The position numbers and the translations under genes were made by a program. From Minutocellus sp. GHC0000111 (taxonomy: Eukaryota), in contig OZ361258.1 in NCBI GenBank assembly GCA_977018835.1, positions 4,712,001 to 4,776,000 of the forward strand: a DNA stretch of 64,000 bases, given 5' to 3'. Below are positions 51,467-64,000 of this stretch, one piece after another. The notes beneath the pieces were generated by a model, which saw nothing but the letters and a program-made list of their open reading frames with translations, was not told where the DNA came from and did no database searches. How positions within the stretch are numbered: position 1 is the first letter of the stretch; each line of letters begins with the position of its first letter.

Positions 51467-52012
51467 GGTTGGGGTAACCGACTTAGATCAACAAGAGCAG
51501 TCTTTTCGGTTTCTCCGGGGTCATACACAAAAACCAACAGTCAGAGTGTCTTGGCGCGCGCGAAGCCGGTAACCGTATCCGAGAGAGTTTTGAGAGAGAG
51601 AGAGGATACGGTACCCGCGACACGTGTCAACGTGCTGATGTGGCTGGTAGATGTGTGATTGGCGTCGTCCTCGGATAATACCACCTTGGAAGTCAGAGGA
51701 GAGGAGAGGACGATAAATAAATGAGCGCGCAGCAACTTGAAATGAATCTGTGGCCGGGCTGAAGTCAGACGACGAAAGTCATTTATGAGCTCGACAGAGG
51801 GGTTTCGAGGGGAATGCCAGATGGGAACAGGTCACTGTGGCCTGTTCCTTATGACGAGAAAAAGAAAGCATAAGAATGAGCCAGCAGCAGCAGGCAGCAG
51901 CAGCAGCGCAAGAGCATACTAGCTCTAGTAGAGCAGAGACGATAGCCAAGATACCAGAACGTCCCTTGCTTGGCTCGAAGTTGTGTCGGTAAGGCGCCTA
52001 GGTAGTAAGAGC

Positions 52013-52748
52013 ATGCCCGCCCCTTCCTGCTCTACCAGCACAATCGACTTGCAGGGCACGCCCTGCGCACTCCATGCGTGGGAGGCATCTTCACCATCAA
52101 CACCAGTAGATCTACCACGAGGAGTCTGCGTCATCTACCATGGATTCCTCGCCCATGGCCGATATCCCACAGTCCGGTGCGCCGCCGAATTGCTGGCCTC
52201 GAATGGCTTCAAAGTCGTGGCGGCCGATCTGCCCGGCCATGGTGCGTCTCCGGGAATACGGGGATGTCTGGACGGGGCGGACCATTTGGTAAAATGCGGC
52301 CTTGCCGTTGCCGAGCATGGCGCGGCCTTGTGCCGAAGCAGCAGCGCAAGCGACAAAGATCTGCCTCTGTTTCTCGTCGGTAGCAGCATGGGTGGGACCA
52401 TTGCCCTGGCCGTCGCATTGGAACTATCCAAGAAGCAAAAGAAGATCAAGGGCAAAGACGACAGCAGCAGCAAAGATGACTCCCACCCAGAGTAGCAGTG
52501 GCAGGCGTGGTTCTGCTGGCGCCAATGCTGGCGCTGGACGTGGCAACTCCCCTCCGTCACATCCTCTACGGCATCGCCTGCATGCCCATCGTCTCCACGG
52601 CCCTGCTGATACCCAGCTCTTCGACGTCGGCCGAGAAACAATATCGGGACGGTGCCAAGCGGAAGGAATGCGAAGACGATCCACTGGCGGTCAACACGGG
52701 GGGCAAGATCCGACCGGCCTCGGCATCGACGTGCGTGGAGTTGGCCAA
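52013..52748 (+). pseudogene. Alpha/beta hydrolase (Hydrolase_4, monoglyceride lipase/lysophospholipase-like), 3'-truncated with an in-frame stop
   Basis: YHGFLAH, DLPGHGASPG.RG, nucleophile elbow GSSMGG, VAGVVLLAPML, DDPL. TAG at 52493-52495. The part carrying the catalytic Asp/His is absent. Confidence 0.8.
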
Positions 52749-55349
52749 TGTCAGCAAACTGGATATCATCAACGAAAAGTACAAGCTCGCCAGAGACATC
52801 AGAGAGCGCTCGCAGCAACTTCTTAATGAGAAAATTGACCCGCCTCTGGGCTTCCTTGCCTCGAATGTCAAGGGATGAGCCAACAAAGCCAGAAGCTTGA
52901 ACGCCAAGGACATCTCGCAAGCGCGGTATCAGATCCACTAGATCATCGACGTCATCCCCAATAGATCGAATGATTTCGTCTCGCGCCCTACGGTGGGCTT
53001 CACCCCCAACCTCTGCGATGAGATGGCAATGGTCGTTAAACGCATCGACCAATGCTGACAAGGCCTAGAGCCACTTCGTGTTCGTTCATCGAATTTTCCA
53101 GCGAGAAATCGTAAGTGCCCGGCTTCGTGGGCTTTACTTAGTTGCCGCAGGCAGTGGGCTCCGAGATGAGACTTACCGCTACCGGCGAGTCCAGATATCA
53201 AAACGACATCGCATGGTGATAATAACGACGACCTATCCTTTTTCATTGTCCTTTCGTATGCTTTCATGATCTTGTCCTGATTCGTTTCTTGGCCAAATAG
53301 GTGATCGAAAATATCCAAGTGTCCATCGCCAGCACATTCTTCTGAGAGGAAACGATCAGGATCTTGACTAATTGCATCGAGATCTTTCTCTACTTGTTCA
53401 AGAGAAGCATAGATCGGAGGATCTATAGTTTGCCCGCTGTGCTCTTTTCCATTGCCAGGTCGGTAGTCTATTAAGGCCGACACAAGCACTGAAATGCATG
53501 AAGGCACCCCGAGCTCCACGAGAGGAACATAGGAAGGGCCACCAGCGTCAGAGTCTCGTCTACTCTTGGATCGTTTCGCCGAAGCGATCCCCTCGTATTG
53601 TCGCGGGTTAACGCCGACGTCTGTGTGCGTTGTAGCAGCGGCGGCGACAGCAGCAGCCTCGCCTCTCCCCTCATCAAAGGGACGCTTTCCCGAAAATAAT
53701 TCATAAAGCTCTATGCCGAGGGCATACAAATCATCCAGTTGAGTCTCTCGTCCGATATCGTCATTATTGGGATGAGGCGACGGCAGAGGAGTGATTTCCC
53801 CCGCCGCCTGAACGAGAAAGGTTGCCAAACGGAGCTTGGACAGAAGCTCATCCCTCTGGGGTCGATGCGCCGATCCCGAAGAGCTACCCAAGCTGGCATC
53901 GCGACCAGACGTGCTAGATCTACTACCGATGTCCGATGAATGCCCGCCACCAAGTACATTTGCGGTTCTGGAAGCCGCCGCTGGGAAGAGAGGATCTGGC
54001 AGACCATCATCATTACGCGAGGGCGCCACATCTACCCTACTAGTAACTGGTGAGGCAGCACCTACTGTACTTGAGGAGCAATCCTGTTGAGGATTGCAGT
54101 GGCCCAAAGCATTGAAGCCTTGTGGCACTGAGATGGGAACTACCGGTGAGACCTCACTAATAGTACCGGTGACATTCAAGGGGGGCACATGGGGCCACGC
54201 TCTACTTGCAGAGCCCCCAATGTTACCGTCGTTGCGTGGAATGTGACTGACTGGTGATGTGGCACTGCTTTCGGCGATGGCGCTATACCCAGCTCTAGCC
54301 CCAGAACCGCCAGGTCCAAGTGGAGGATCCACAGAACCTCCCACATCATGCTCTCCCTCGTCTGCAGCACTGCTAGTAGTCCCATCCATGAAATCAAATA
54401 GTTCTGTCAAGGAATCATCGTTGTTACCACCATCCTCTTCCATCATTGCCGCAAAATCCAAGGGGATCGAGTCCAGGTCCTCCATTGATGACACCGATCC
54501 TGCCACTACCTCTCTCGCCGGCGGCTTCAGTTCACTTTCAGGAGTATCAGCATGGTGGTCCGATGCTGCCTTCTTGGTTGCCGCGGACGACTTGGACTTG
54601 GGCATGGTTTTGGACTTGCTCGTCTTCTCCTTCTTCTTCTTTCTGGTCGTCTTGCGACCACCGGTTCCGTCCCTGTCCAAGGAGGAACTGGCACCAGCCC
54701 CAGGCGACGCGCCGCGAGATTCGTCGGGCGGGACAATCGCCAAGCCCATCCGCAACGCATCCTCCTCAAAGTAAACGCCGGCCACACCGAGTGCAGCGAT
54801 GTCACTGGATTGTCCCATGTCGACCTCAACGTCCACAAGACCCATCTCCCGGCACCGCCGAATCCAGTACTCCTGCGAGGCCTTGGACGAATGCGACCGC
54901 TTGCCCGTGGTCAGCCTTTCAAACTCGTCCCGCGCCGACTGCGGTATCAGCGGGCACCCGCTAAAGTGGAACCGCTGGAAGTTCCGTGTGGACTGGTTGA
55001 AGATCCGTATTTCGGCCGGGTAGCCCACCGACCCCTTGGACTGTAACTTGATGGGCAGATGGCGGCAGTGGACGCAGCGCAGCCCGACCCGCCCGACGGT
55101 GATGGGACGGGCCAACCCGCCGACGGTGGCTCGGTCGGCCACGTCGGCGGGCGTGGCGGAGAACACCTCGAGCTGCGATCGCATGAGACATACGAGGGGG
55201 GAGAGGTGGGTCTGGTCGGCCGGGGAGTAGAGCGGGAGACACTTTCCGATGTTGCCGTCGGTCTCGTCGTCGGCGACAGCAGTTGCAGTTGCAGCCGCAG
55301 CCGCAGTCGCAGCAGCGGGCTGCTTTGTGCCCACCTGGTCAGCAGACAT
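52742..55349 (-). CDS. Diatom-specific Cys/His N-terminal domain + degenerate kinase C-lobe + AAA_16/STAND ATPase (3'-truncated)
   Basis: LSPLVCLMRSQLEVF...VGRVGLRCVHC...HFSGCPLIP...YW...MGLVD; DLYALGIELYELFSGKRPF; Walker A ISGLAGSGKS; GKFDE; Walker B LVLFVDDIQFAD. Frameshift near 53062. Confidence 0.8.
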
Positions 55350-56594
55350 TGTTTCGACGCATCTGCAGCTGAATTATCTACGGCTGTCGATTCAATGGAT
55401 TGATATGCAGCCCACGTACATGATGTTCAGTGAGACTGCCTGCGGCAGCAGCGGCAGCAGGGCCAGCGCAGAGCGAGCATCAGCGGGGCGCATGATGTGC
55501 AGCCTTGATAGCATTTTGGGAGCTTTTGAGCAATCTGATGATATGATATTTTGGGAGCTTTTGAGCACTACGGGTAAAAGGCCTGCCGATCCCATGTCCG
55601 GCTGAAACTGACTGCTGCTGCTGGTACGCCTGCCGTTCATCTGTGTCACATCGATCGTCTTTCTCGAAATCATCTTCTTTCAAACAACTAATTATAGATC
55701 CTGTTATCCTAAGCTATGTGGTTGGTTGATGCCTGCTAGCCAGCCCTCCAGCTGCGCCCAAGACGAAATGCATCCCCAACAGAACCACCTTGGGTAGATG
55801 GTTTGCTGGGTCCTCATCATGCCAACGAAACACGCTATCGAGATCTCATGCCGACAAGAAGCCGGATCAGAGAGGAAGCGTTCAACTCTCTGAGTCGGCT
55901 TGGGCCCGCTCTTGGACATCCAAGGGCCCAGCAGGACGAGATCGCCGAAAGGCACCGAAGGTGTGATTGAGGACGATGCATCTTAATGCTGCCGATAGGT
56001 TCCAACCTAGGCTAACCCCTGAGCCTCAGCAGAAGGAACCAGTTCAAATAGGGTGGGAGGGTGGGAAATTTTAACTCGGCCGCAGCATGTGTTAGAGAAA
56101 CAAGAAAGGCCGCCTCGAGTATCGACCGTTCTAATCAACCACTTCCGTGACCGACTATTTCTCTCTGCAATCAAATCTTGTTATGAGACCAATAGGATGC
56201 CGAGCCTCACAAAAAGAACACTCGCAAAGGCCGATTTATTGGCAAGAGATGCCGACGAGACGAGAAAGGCCTTTTCTCCTTCTCTTCTCACCCGTTGCCA
56301 GAACAAAGATCGAAAGTGTCTTCGTTCGATGCTGACTCATCACTATGATATCGACTTTCTTTCGGCTCACCAGTTGAGCCTGTTGGCACATACTAGTAGC
56401 GCTCTGCTGACTGGTGCTGCTCACGCCAGGTTGAATGGAATTACTCCCGCCGATGGCGCTGCAACTTGTACTAGTATTAGTATTGGCATATGACAGTTGC
56501 TTGTAATCACCTCTCCACGTAGCTACGTAGCAATAGGAATTCTTCCAAGCGCTGCTAGGCTTCTGTGTAGTAGTAGCTACTACCGGCCGACCCA

Positions 56595-59500
56595 ATGAGC
56601 GCCGGTGACGATGACGCCAGCGGCCGTCGTCGCAAGGCCGCCGCTTCGGCCTCGGACGGCCTCCACGGCAGCGCCGATGGACTCGTCAGCGACAACGACA
56701 TCCATTTGTTTGATCTCATGGCCGACGACCTCCTGGACCTTGCCGCCGGGGGCGACGATGCTGACTTGCTCGGCGGCAGCAGTCATAATGCCAGGAATGG
56801 TAGTGCTAGTGGGAGCGATGGACCACACGTAGACGGCATCGGCACATCATCCGCAGCAAAGAACACAGCAACGACGAACACAACGAAGAACAAGGACAAC
56901 AAGAGGCGATCCGGCACCGGCAGCAAGAAGAAGAAAGCGGCAGCCGCCACTTCTTCGGCACCCACCGAAAGCTTCGAGTACATCACGACCGATCAGATCA
57001 ACAAGCACGACGTCCTTTGCGGTCGGGGTGCCGGCATAGTAAAAAATCCTGGCAACGAGCACTTTCGCACCCTCGTCGTCGCCCGGAAGGACGAGTACAA
57101 CGCGGCGGAACGGAACAGCGTCAAGAACGCCATCGCCGGAGGTGGAGCCGCCGGGCCGATTCCTCAAGCGGGCCACCAAGGACCAGGCGGCCAAGTGGGG
57201 CTTTACGGAGGACAAGGCCGCCGAAAATGTATGGGTACCGGTCGACGAGAAGACGATGGTGGAGCGGGCCATGCAGAGTCTGCGGGAGAAGGATGTCAAG
57301 TACGTTGACAAGATCCGGCGGGGGGAATCATCATCCCAGCAGAGGAGGAAGAGGCAGAACGGCAGGGATTCACGGTCGGACGCGGGATAGAGGCCCAAGG
57401 TGGTGCCGGCACTGGTGGCGATGGCGGCGCAAAGAGCGGCGGCACCGGTTCCATTACCAATGGTATTGGGATGCTGGCCATGTCTGACCATGTCACCCAG
57501 CAGCAGGACGCTGCTGCGTTGCATGTCGCCCGGCAAGTGCAAGCCCAGCAGTACACGGGTGCCCTACCGAATCATGCAAACATGTACGCATGGAGCAATG
57601 GTGGTGTGGGTGTTCAAGTTCAACAAGGGCAAACAATGGCACAGTCGTACCAAGTGCCCTTGCAGCCGTTGCAGCCGCTGCAGCCGCAGCTTCAACCGCC
57701 GCCGCAACAACCGAGCCAGCTTACCACATTGCACAATCCCAACATAGCCACCAACGGCTTTGGATCTGCCATGATAGCGGCAGATACGGCTGGAAGCCCG
57801 ATGGACGCTCTTGGCGGTTCTGCCGAGGGGTCGACTAACCAATCGCCCGCAATATCGCATTCATCGGGCTCACCAGATCCCTTTGCGATGGGAAACAGTG
57901 CTAGAGGGCCCGTCATTGTCAAGGACTGGATCAGTGCCGAGATGGTCCACGCCATGGCGTTGCATTGCAGCCAAGTTCAGGAGGCCGATCGGTACTACCA
58001 GCTCAAGGCGGCCCGACTTGCCCTGGCGTTGCTGGAGGCTGTCCAGCTTTATCATCAGAATAGCATAGCTTTTGGAGGTAGTACTATCAGCAGTGATACC
58101 CTTCGTGTTTCAGCTACCAACCCTGGTGCCTCCAGCGATGATGATGTTGGCAGTCACTCCTCGGCATCGTACAGCGTGGTTATCACGGGCGTCACGTCGC
58201 AGTCGCCTCTTGCAACGTCGACATTTGAAGACGACGTTCGAGTCGATCTGGCCAATGCAGGAGTGGCATTGTACGAGTTGTTTTCCGGCATACCACCTTT
58301 CCAGAACGAGGAGGAAGCGAAGTTTTTTGATGCTCTGGCTTCAGCTGTCGATATAGAAATGCAGGATACGGACAACTCTGATGTCCCTTCGAAGAAGAAG
58401 CGCACAGGAGGAGCACCATACAGCAATGGTTGTATTCCTCTTCGTGATCTCGGCCTGCCGGTGGCGATTGATGCGCTCGTCATGGATCTAATGGGTATGA
58501 ACAAAGGGGGCGTTTCAGGTGAAAGTAAGCCGACAACAGATTTTATCAGCGATATCCAAGAGATGATCGAAGATCCGGATAGATGTTTCTTCGATATCGA
58601 AGATGAAACAGCCGAAGCCCGGTTCAAGTGGGGTCAGGAAGGGTACCGACTTGAATTTTCTCGAAGCAAGCTGTATGGTCGAGATAGGGACATGTCACTT
58701 CTCTCAGCGATCTTCGACCGTACTGTCTGCAAGGGCGGGCCGGTAGAGGTAGTAACTGTATCCGGCTACTCCGGCATTGGCAAGACGAGCCTCGTCCTTC
58801 AGCTACGGCAGCCGACCATTGAGCGCGGCGGGTTCTTCATATCAGGCAAATTTGACACTCTTCGGCAGGCAAAGCCCTTATCAGCCATTGCAAATGCGTT
58901 GAATGCTTTCTGCGAAGATCTTATTGCTAGAAAGCAAGATCCGAGCGGAAATTTTGATTCTATCATTGCCTCGATGCAAGCTGCTATTGGGGACGGCGGT
59001 GGCGGTGATTCTATATTTGAGTTGATCCCGAACCTCAATAAACTCATCCTAAGGGAACATGGGCAAAGTATGCAACGGCGAGATCATGTGGGGAACGTGC
59101 AGGATGTTGCACAGGTGAACAAAAATGCTCTGAATCGCTTCACCTTCTTTTTCCAGAAATTCTTCTGCTCCATCGCCGATCCATCCCATCCCATTGTGCT
59201 TTTCATCGATGATCTGCAGTGGGCCGATGCCATGAGCCTCGATCTGATCCGATCGATTGTTTGCGAGAGCGATGTCCAGTCTTTTATGTTTGTGGGCTCC
59301 TATTGGAGCAACGAGGTTGACCAGCACCACCCTCTCCTTCCAATGTTGGAACAGATTTGCACTGCCGGAGTTCCGTTGCTGAATATTGAGCTCGCCAACA
59401 TGGATCGTAACAGCATCAACGCAATGATATCGGACACGCTGAAACTATCGCCCTTGCTGACCCGGCCTCTTACCGATGCGGTGTATTCCAAGACCAGTGG

Positions 59501-61703
59501 TAACTGTTTGTTCGTTATTGAGTTATTGTCTGATCTGCATCGTCGGAACCAACTTCGATATTCAGTGAACTCCCGTCGATGGGAGTGGGATGACGAGGCT
59601 ATCGCTGCATTGGACATCCAAGCAAACGTGGTCGATCTGATGCGTCGTAAGCTGCTTCGACTGGGCGCTACGGAGATGTGGAGCGTCAAGGTCGCCGCTT
59701 CTTTGGGAGCCGAGACAAAAACTATCACATTCAATCTCTTGAGTAAAGGTCTGGGTCTTGGTCCAGAAAATGGCCTTGTTGCTCTTCTGCAGAATCCTAC
59801 AGAGGAAGGTTTGCTGATGAAGGTCGGATCTTCTTATCGCTTTAGCCACGATCAGATCCAGCAAGCAGCTTACTCTCTTGTGACGGTGCATGATCGTCCA
59901 TCGTTTCATCTGCTACTTGGCCGAAGCCTTCTCAATGCTGCAAACCCAGTCGAGGAAGTCGACACAGACGTATTATTCACCTGTGTTGATCAACTTAATC
60001 GAGGCCTGGCTGATATCAAACATCATAGGGAAAAGCTACAGGTGGTGAAGCTCAACCTCCAAGCGGCCAAGAGGTAGATTGTGTCATCGACTTTCTTGGC
60101 AGCATCGACTTATCTGAAAAAATGTGTCGAAGTTCTCGAAGGGAGTGACTGGGAAAGCAATTACAACCTTTTGTCTGGAAGTTTACACCACCCTATCGGA
60201 GACCGAGTATGTCACCGGCAACTACGAAGCCATGGCATTGATACTGAACGAAGTCCTCGCTAAAGCCAACACATTTGACGACAAGCTTCGACCCCACTAC
60301 ACTTTGATGTGCGCCACCGCCGCCCAAAACAATCTGGAGTCGGCCATTGATATTGGCTTTGAGGTGTTCTTGCGCAGCTTGGAGAACAAATCAAGAAGGA
60401 AGTAGATTTGACCGCTGTCATGAAGGAAGTTATTTTCACTAAAGGTATACTGGAAATGAAAGACGTGGAATGGTTTTTGAACCATAGTATCATGTCGGAC
60501 CACCATAAATTGTATGCAATGAAGTTCCTGAATAGCTTGATTCTCTATGCCTTCATGTTCAACGGATTGTTAATGCCTGTGGTATCTTGCAAGATGGTCC
60601 AAGCGACAATTAGGCACGGACTTTGCAAAGAATCTTCATTTGCCTTTGCTGCATATGCATCAATGACTTGCGGCTTACTCGGAGAATATGATAAGGGATA
60701 TCAACACGGGAAAATTGCCATCGCCGTATTAGAGAAATTCAATGCGCAAGAACTATTGGCTCGCGTATCATATGTCGTCTATGGCCTTGTGAACGTGTGG
60801 GTAGAACCGTTTCAGGCTACTCTTCCTAAATTGCTCGAGGGCTACAACGTCGGTATATCCTCGGGAGATAAAGAATCTGCCATTGTTTGTAAAAGAGTTT
60901 TCACAGTCAATGCATTTCAATGCGGCCAACCTCTCGAAGGCCTCATCAACGATCTTGCAGACCTAACAAATGACTGCAAACGCTATCAACAAGAGCATCT
61001 CGGCATACTGAATAAGCCTTTATGGCAATGTGCACAAAATCTAATCGGCGACGCGGAACAAGCTAAGCCTTGGATCCTCAAGGGCAAGATACAGGTGCAA
61101 GACGATTATGTGGCTGTTCAACGTGAGCGAGGAAATCTCACCGCTATATGTCATTACTCTATGTTGCAATTGATCCTTGCCTACGTGTTTGGAAAATATG
61201 AACTCGCAGCCGAATTTTATGACAAATGTGTAGAAGCCGACCTCGAGAAAAATTTGATGGGCAAATTCGAGACATCCACCTATGCATTTTTTGGTGCTCT
61301 CACCGCCTTCGAAATGTTGAGGCGTCACCCAAAAGATCAAAAGTGGGCAGGCGTCGTCGATTCGACCTTAGCCAAGATGGAGAAGTGGGTCTTGGCTTCA
61401 TCCTGGAACTTTCATCATCGACTCTTCTTCCTCAAGGGGGAGCAAATGGCGAACGCAGGGGATGTTGTGGGCGCTGTCGGCGCATACAGCATGGGTGCTA
61501 GGCTGGCGAAAGAGCACGGCTTTATCAATGAAGAGGCTGTGATCTGTGAGAGATATGCTGCACTCCTTCGAGTGTCTGGGAATGAAGCACCCGCGAGAGT
61601 TCAATACGACAAAGCCTACAATGCGTACATGAAGTGGGGAGCTCTGCGTAAGTGCATGGAAGTACGGGAAGAGGCTGAAAGCTTACAAGGAAATCTAGTC
61701 TAG
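56595..61703 (+). CDS. DUF6824-like N-terminal domain + Q-rich linker + degenerate kinase C-lobe + AAA_16/STAND ATPase + helical (TPR-like) region; disrupted reading frame
   Basis: HDVLCGRG..NPGNEHFR...GRFLK...W...QSLRE; ALYELFSGIPPF; Walker A VSGYSGIGKTSL; FISGKFD; Walker B IVLFIDDLQWAD; TSGNCLF; YRFSHDQIQQAAYSL; C-terminal Y..WGA..K. Frameshifts ~57140, ~57400, ~60170, ~60370 and TAG at 60075. Confidence 0.82.
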
Positions 61704-61873
61704 CTTAGGACTGGTACTACAAATAATCTCAAGTATTAGTAGCAGTATTATCCTTTTACGATTACTACACTAGATAGATTAGACGGTGCCTTATGTGTGA
61801 GTGCTTTTGCTATTTCATCTTTCTCACAGTATCTCCGATTTTTGTTGCTTTCATTGGCGCATTACTCTGACCT

Positions 61874-63719
61874 TTACTCCCACTCAATGGTGGCGGGAGG
61901 CTTGGAGCTGATGTCATAGCAGACCCGATTGATGCCCCGAACCTCATTGATAATTCTACTCGACATATTGCCCATGACCTCGTATGGAAGGTGGTAGAAG
62001 TCGGCCGTCATGTAATCCGTCGTCTCCACGCAGCGGATGCAGCAAACGTTCTCATAAGTTCGGCCATCACCCATCACGCCAACACTCTTCACACCGGGGA
62101 GGAGAACAACGAAGGCCTGACCAATGGCACGGTACTGCCCAGACTTGTACAGCTCCTCGATCATGATGGCATCGGCCTCCTGAAGGGTCTTGACACGCTC
62201 GGCCGTGACACTACCCAGGATGCGGATGGCAAGGCCGGGTCCGGGGAAGGGATGGCGCCAAACACTCACTTCGTCGATACCGAGGGCAATTCCAAGCTCA
62301 CGGACCTCATCCTTGAACAGCTCACGGAGAGGCTCAATAAGCTTCAGCTTCATGGTAGCAGGTAGACCGCCGACATTGTGGTGCGTCTTGATGGTAGCAC
62401 TGGGTCCCTTGTACGAGATGGACTCAATCACATCGGGATACAGCGTGCCCTGGAGGAGAAAGTCGCAGGGTCCGGTCTCCTCGACGATACGTGCGGCCTC
62501 CTCCTGGAAGACCTCGATGAAGGTGGTACCGATGATTTTGCGCTTCTTCTCAGGGTCTTCGACGTCCTTGAGTAGGTTGAGGAATCGATCCTTGGCATCA
62601 ATGCACTTGAGGTTGATGCCGCAGTCACCACGGAGACGCTTGAGGACATTGACGGCCTCATCCTTGCGAAGGCATCCATTGTCGACCAGGACGGCATGGA
62701 AACGATCACCGATGGCCTTGTTCATGAGGACGGCGGCAACGGTGGAGTCAACTCCACCGCTGACGGCACCGATAACATTGCCGTTGGGACCGACCTTCTC
62801 CCTCACCTGCTGGATGAACTCCTCGGCGTAGTCGGTCATGACCCAATCCTGCTTGGCACCGGAAATGTTGACGACGAAGTTCTTGAGGATGTCCTTACCA
62901 AGGGGGGAGTGCGTCACCTCGGGATGGAACTGCAGGCCCCACATCTTCTTCTCAAGATTTTCCATGGCAACGAATTCGGCATTCTCGGTACCGGCTGCGC
63001 AAGGGCGTCGATTGATTTCATTTCAGGGCGAAAGATGATGAGAATTTGCACAAGAAATAAGAACGAAATGCCAAACCACATGTCATGGGTGTAGATACAG
63101 GCAGGGAAACCCGGTCTTCTCCAATCCGCGAGCATCCTCTACGTCATGTATATACTGCACGTCATGTATATACTGCTACAGAATACCAAAAAACACAGAA
63201 AACAAACAAAGACTCACCAACATACTTGAATCCCTCGGGAAGCTCATGGAGCTTGTCGGCGTGGGACATCCAAACCTGGAACTCGGCGGGCATGCCAGCG
63301 AACAGGCCGCAGTCGCAGCCCTCGACGCGGCTGACCATGGCCTTGCCGAACTCGCGCTTCTGGCCGGGAGCGACCTTGCCGCCGTAGGTGTGGGCCAGCT
63401 CCTGCATGCCGTAGCAGATGCCCAGAACGGGGATGTTGCGGGCGGCGATGAGGTCCCAGATCTCCTGCGACACGTGGGGGGCGCCCTCCTCGTAGACCGA
63501 CGAGGGTCCACCGCTGAGGATGATGGCCGTGAGGTCGTGGGCGCCGAGCTCCTCGGCGGAAACGAGGCAGGAGTACAGCTCGCAGTAGACGTGGAGCTCG
63601 CGGACCCGGCGAGCGATGAGGTGCGAGTACTGACTGCCAAAGTCGAGGATGGCCACCTGAGGACGGCCGAGGTTGCCCAGCAGGGACGACTGCTTGAGGT
63701 ATTCCTTGCTTTCTGCCAT
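61874..63719 (-). CDS. guaA: GMP synthase (glutamine-hydrolysing)
   Basis: [72 protein letters not shown]. Intron 62995-63217 joins FKYV|AGTEN. Confidence 0.97.
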
Positions 63720-64000
63720 ATTTTTGTTATGGTGTGTTATGTGCTGGAAATGAATGCGGAATTTTGATGCGAATTAAGAAGTGCAAAAACGTGCGGGGAT
63801 TGAAACACAAGGACTTCTTGGTTCAATTACTCAATACAATGCAGTCAATGCAGCAGCAGGAATTCAAATGGACCAGAACTTAGCGCCTGCCGGCCTCATG
63901 ACTTTTCGATTTCTGTGGGCGAGAGCGAGCCGGCTGGGTCGACGGACAGACAGACCTAAGGGGGCGCCCTGACCTTCCCGGGGATCCCCTACCATCGCAT

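Noticed and set aside
50429..51658. 409-aa plus-strand ORF and many similar antisense ORFs over GC-rich genes
   Set aside because: These are shadows of the codon-biased minus-strand genes and carry no independent motifs.
56053..56493. 146-aa ORF between the two ATPase genes
   Set aside because: Non-ATG start and no motifs; probably promoter or UTR sequence.
60075..60077. In-frame TAG codons as possible stop-codon readthrough or recoding (also 52493)
   Set aside because: TAG terminates other genes here normally and both affected genes have other lesions, so mutation or error is simpler.
63141..63177. Short tandem duplication acgtcatgtatatactgc in the guaA intron
   Set aside because: Ordinary slippage duplication with no sign of function.

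Overview
Eukaryotic nuclear DNA, almost certainly from a diatom. The evidence is GT-AG introns, an Lhcx fucoxanthin-chlorophyll protein with an ASAFAP-type plastid-targeting peptide, and several diatom-typical protein families. In order, the window holds: a giant armadillo-repeat gene; a divergent pair of 'RVxF...RGLE' proteins; a 1-Cys peroxiredoxin; two Mpv17/PMP22 paralogues flanking a MYND-finger gene; a protein kinase; a MITE-like element and a LINE remnant; a GT15 mannosyltransferase; a PsbP-like lumen protein; Lhcx; a secreted tandem dienelactone-hydrolase protein; an internally deleted Ty3/Gypsy element; a ~13.6 kb secreted G8/beta-helix/CBM-like + DUF1800 + DUF1501 fusion gene with a His-rich/cupredoxin-like insert; a truncated alpha/beta hydrolase; a head-to-head pair of STAND-like ATPases with different diatom-specific N-terminal domains; and GMP synthase. 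Many long genes carry frameshifts, probably uncorrected long-read errors, so gene boundaries are approximate. The strongest leads are the giant DUF1800-DUF1501 surface protein, the ATPase pair, and a localised TpA->TpG/CpA (Tyr->Cys/His) substitution pattern that contrasts with clusters of TA-rich palindromes elsewhere. All domain calls come from recognising motifs by eye; no searches were run.
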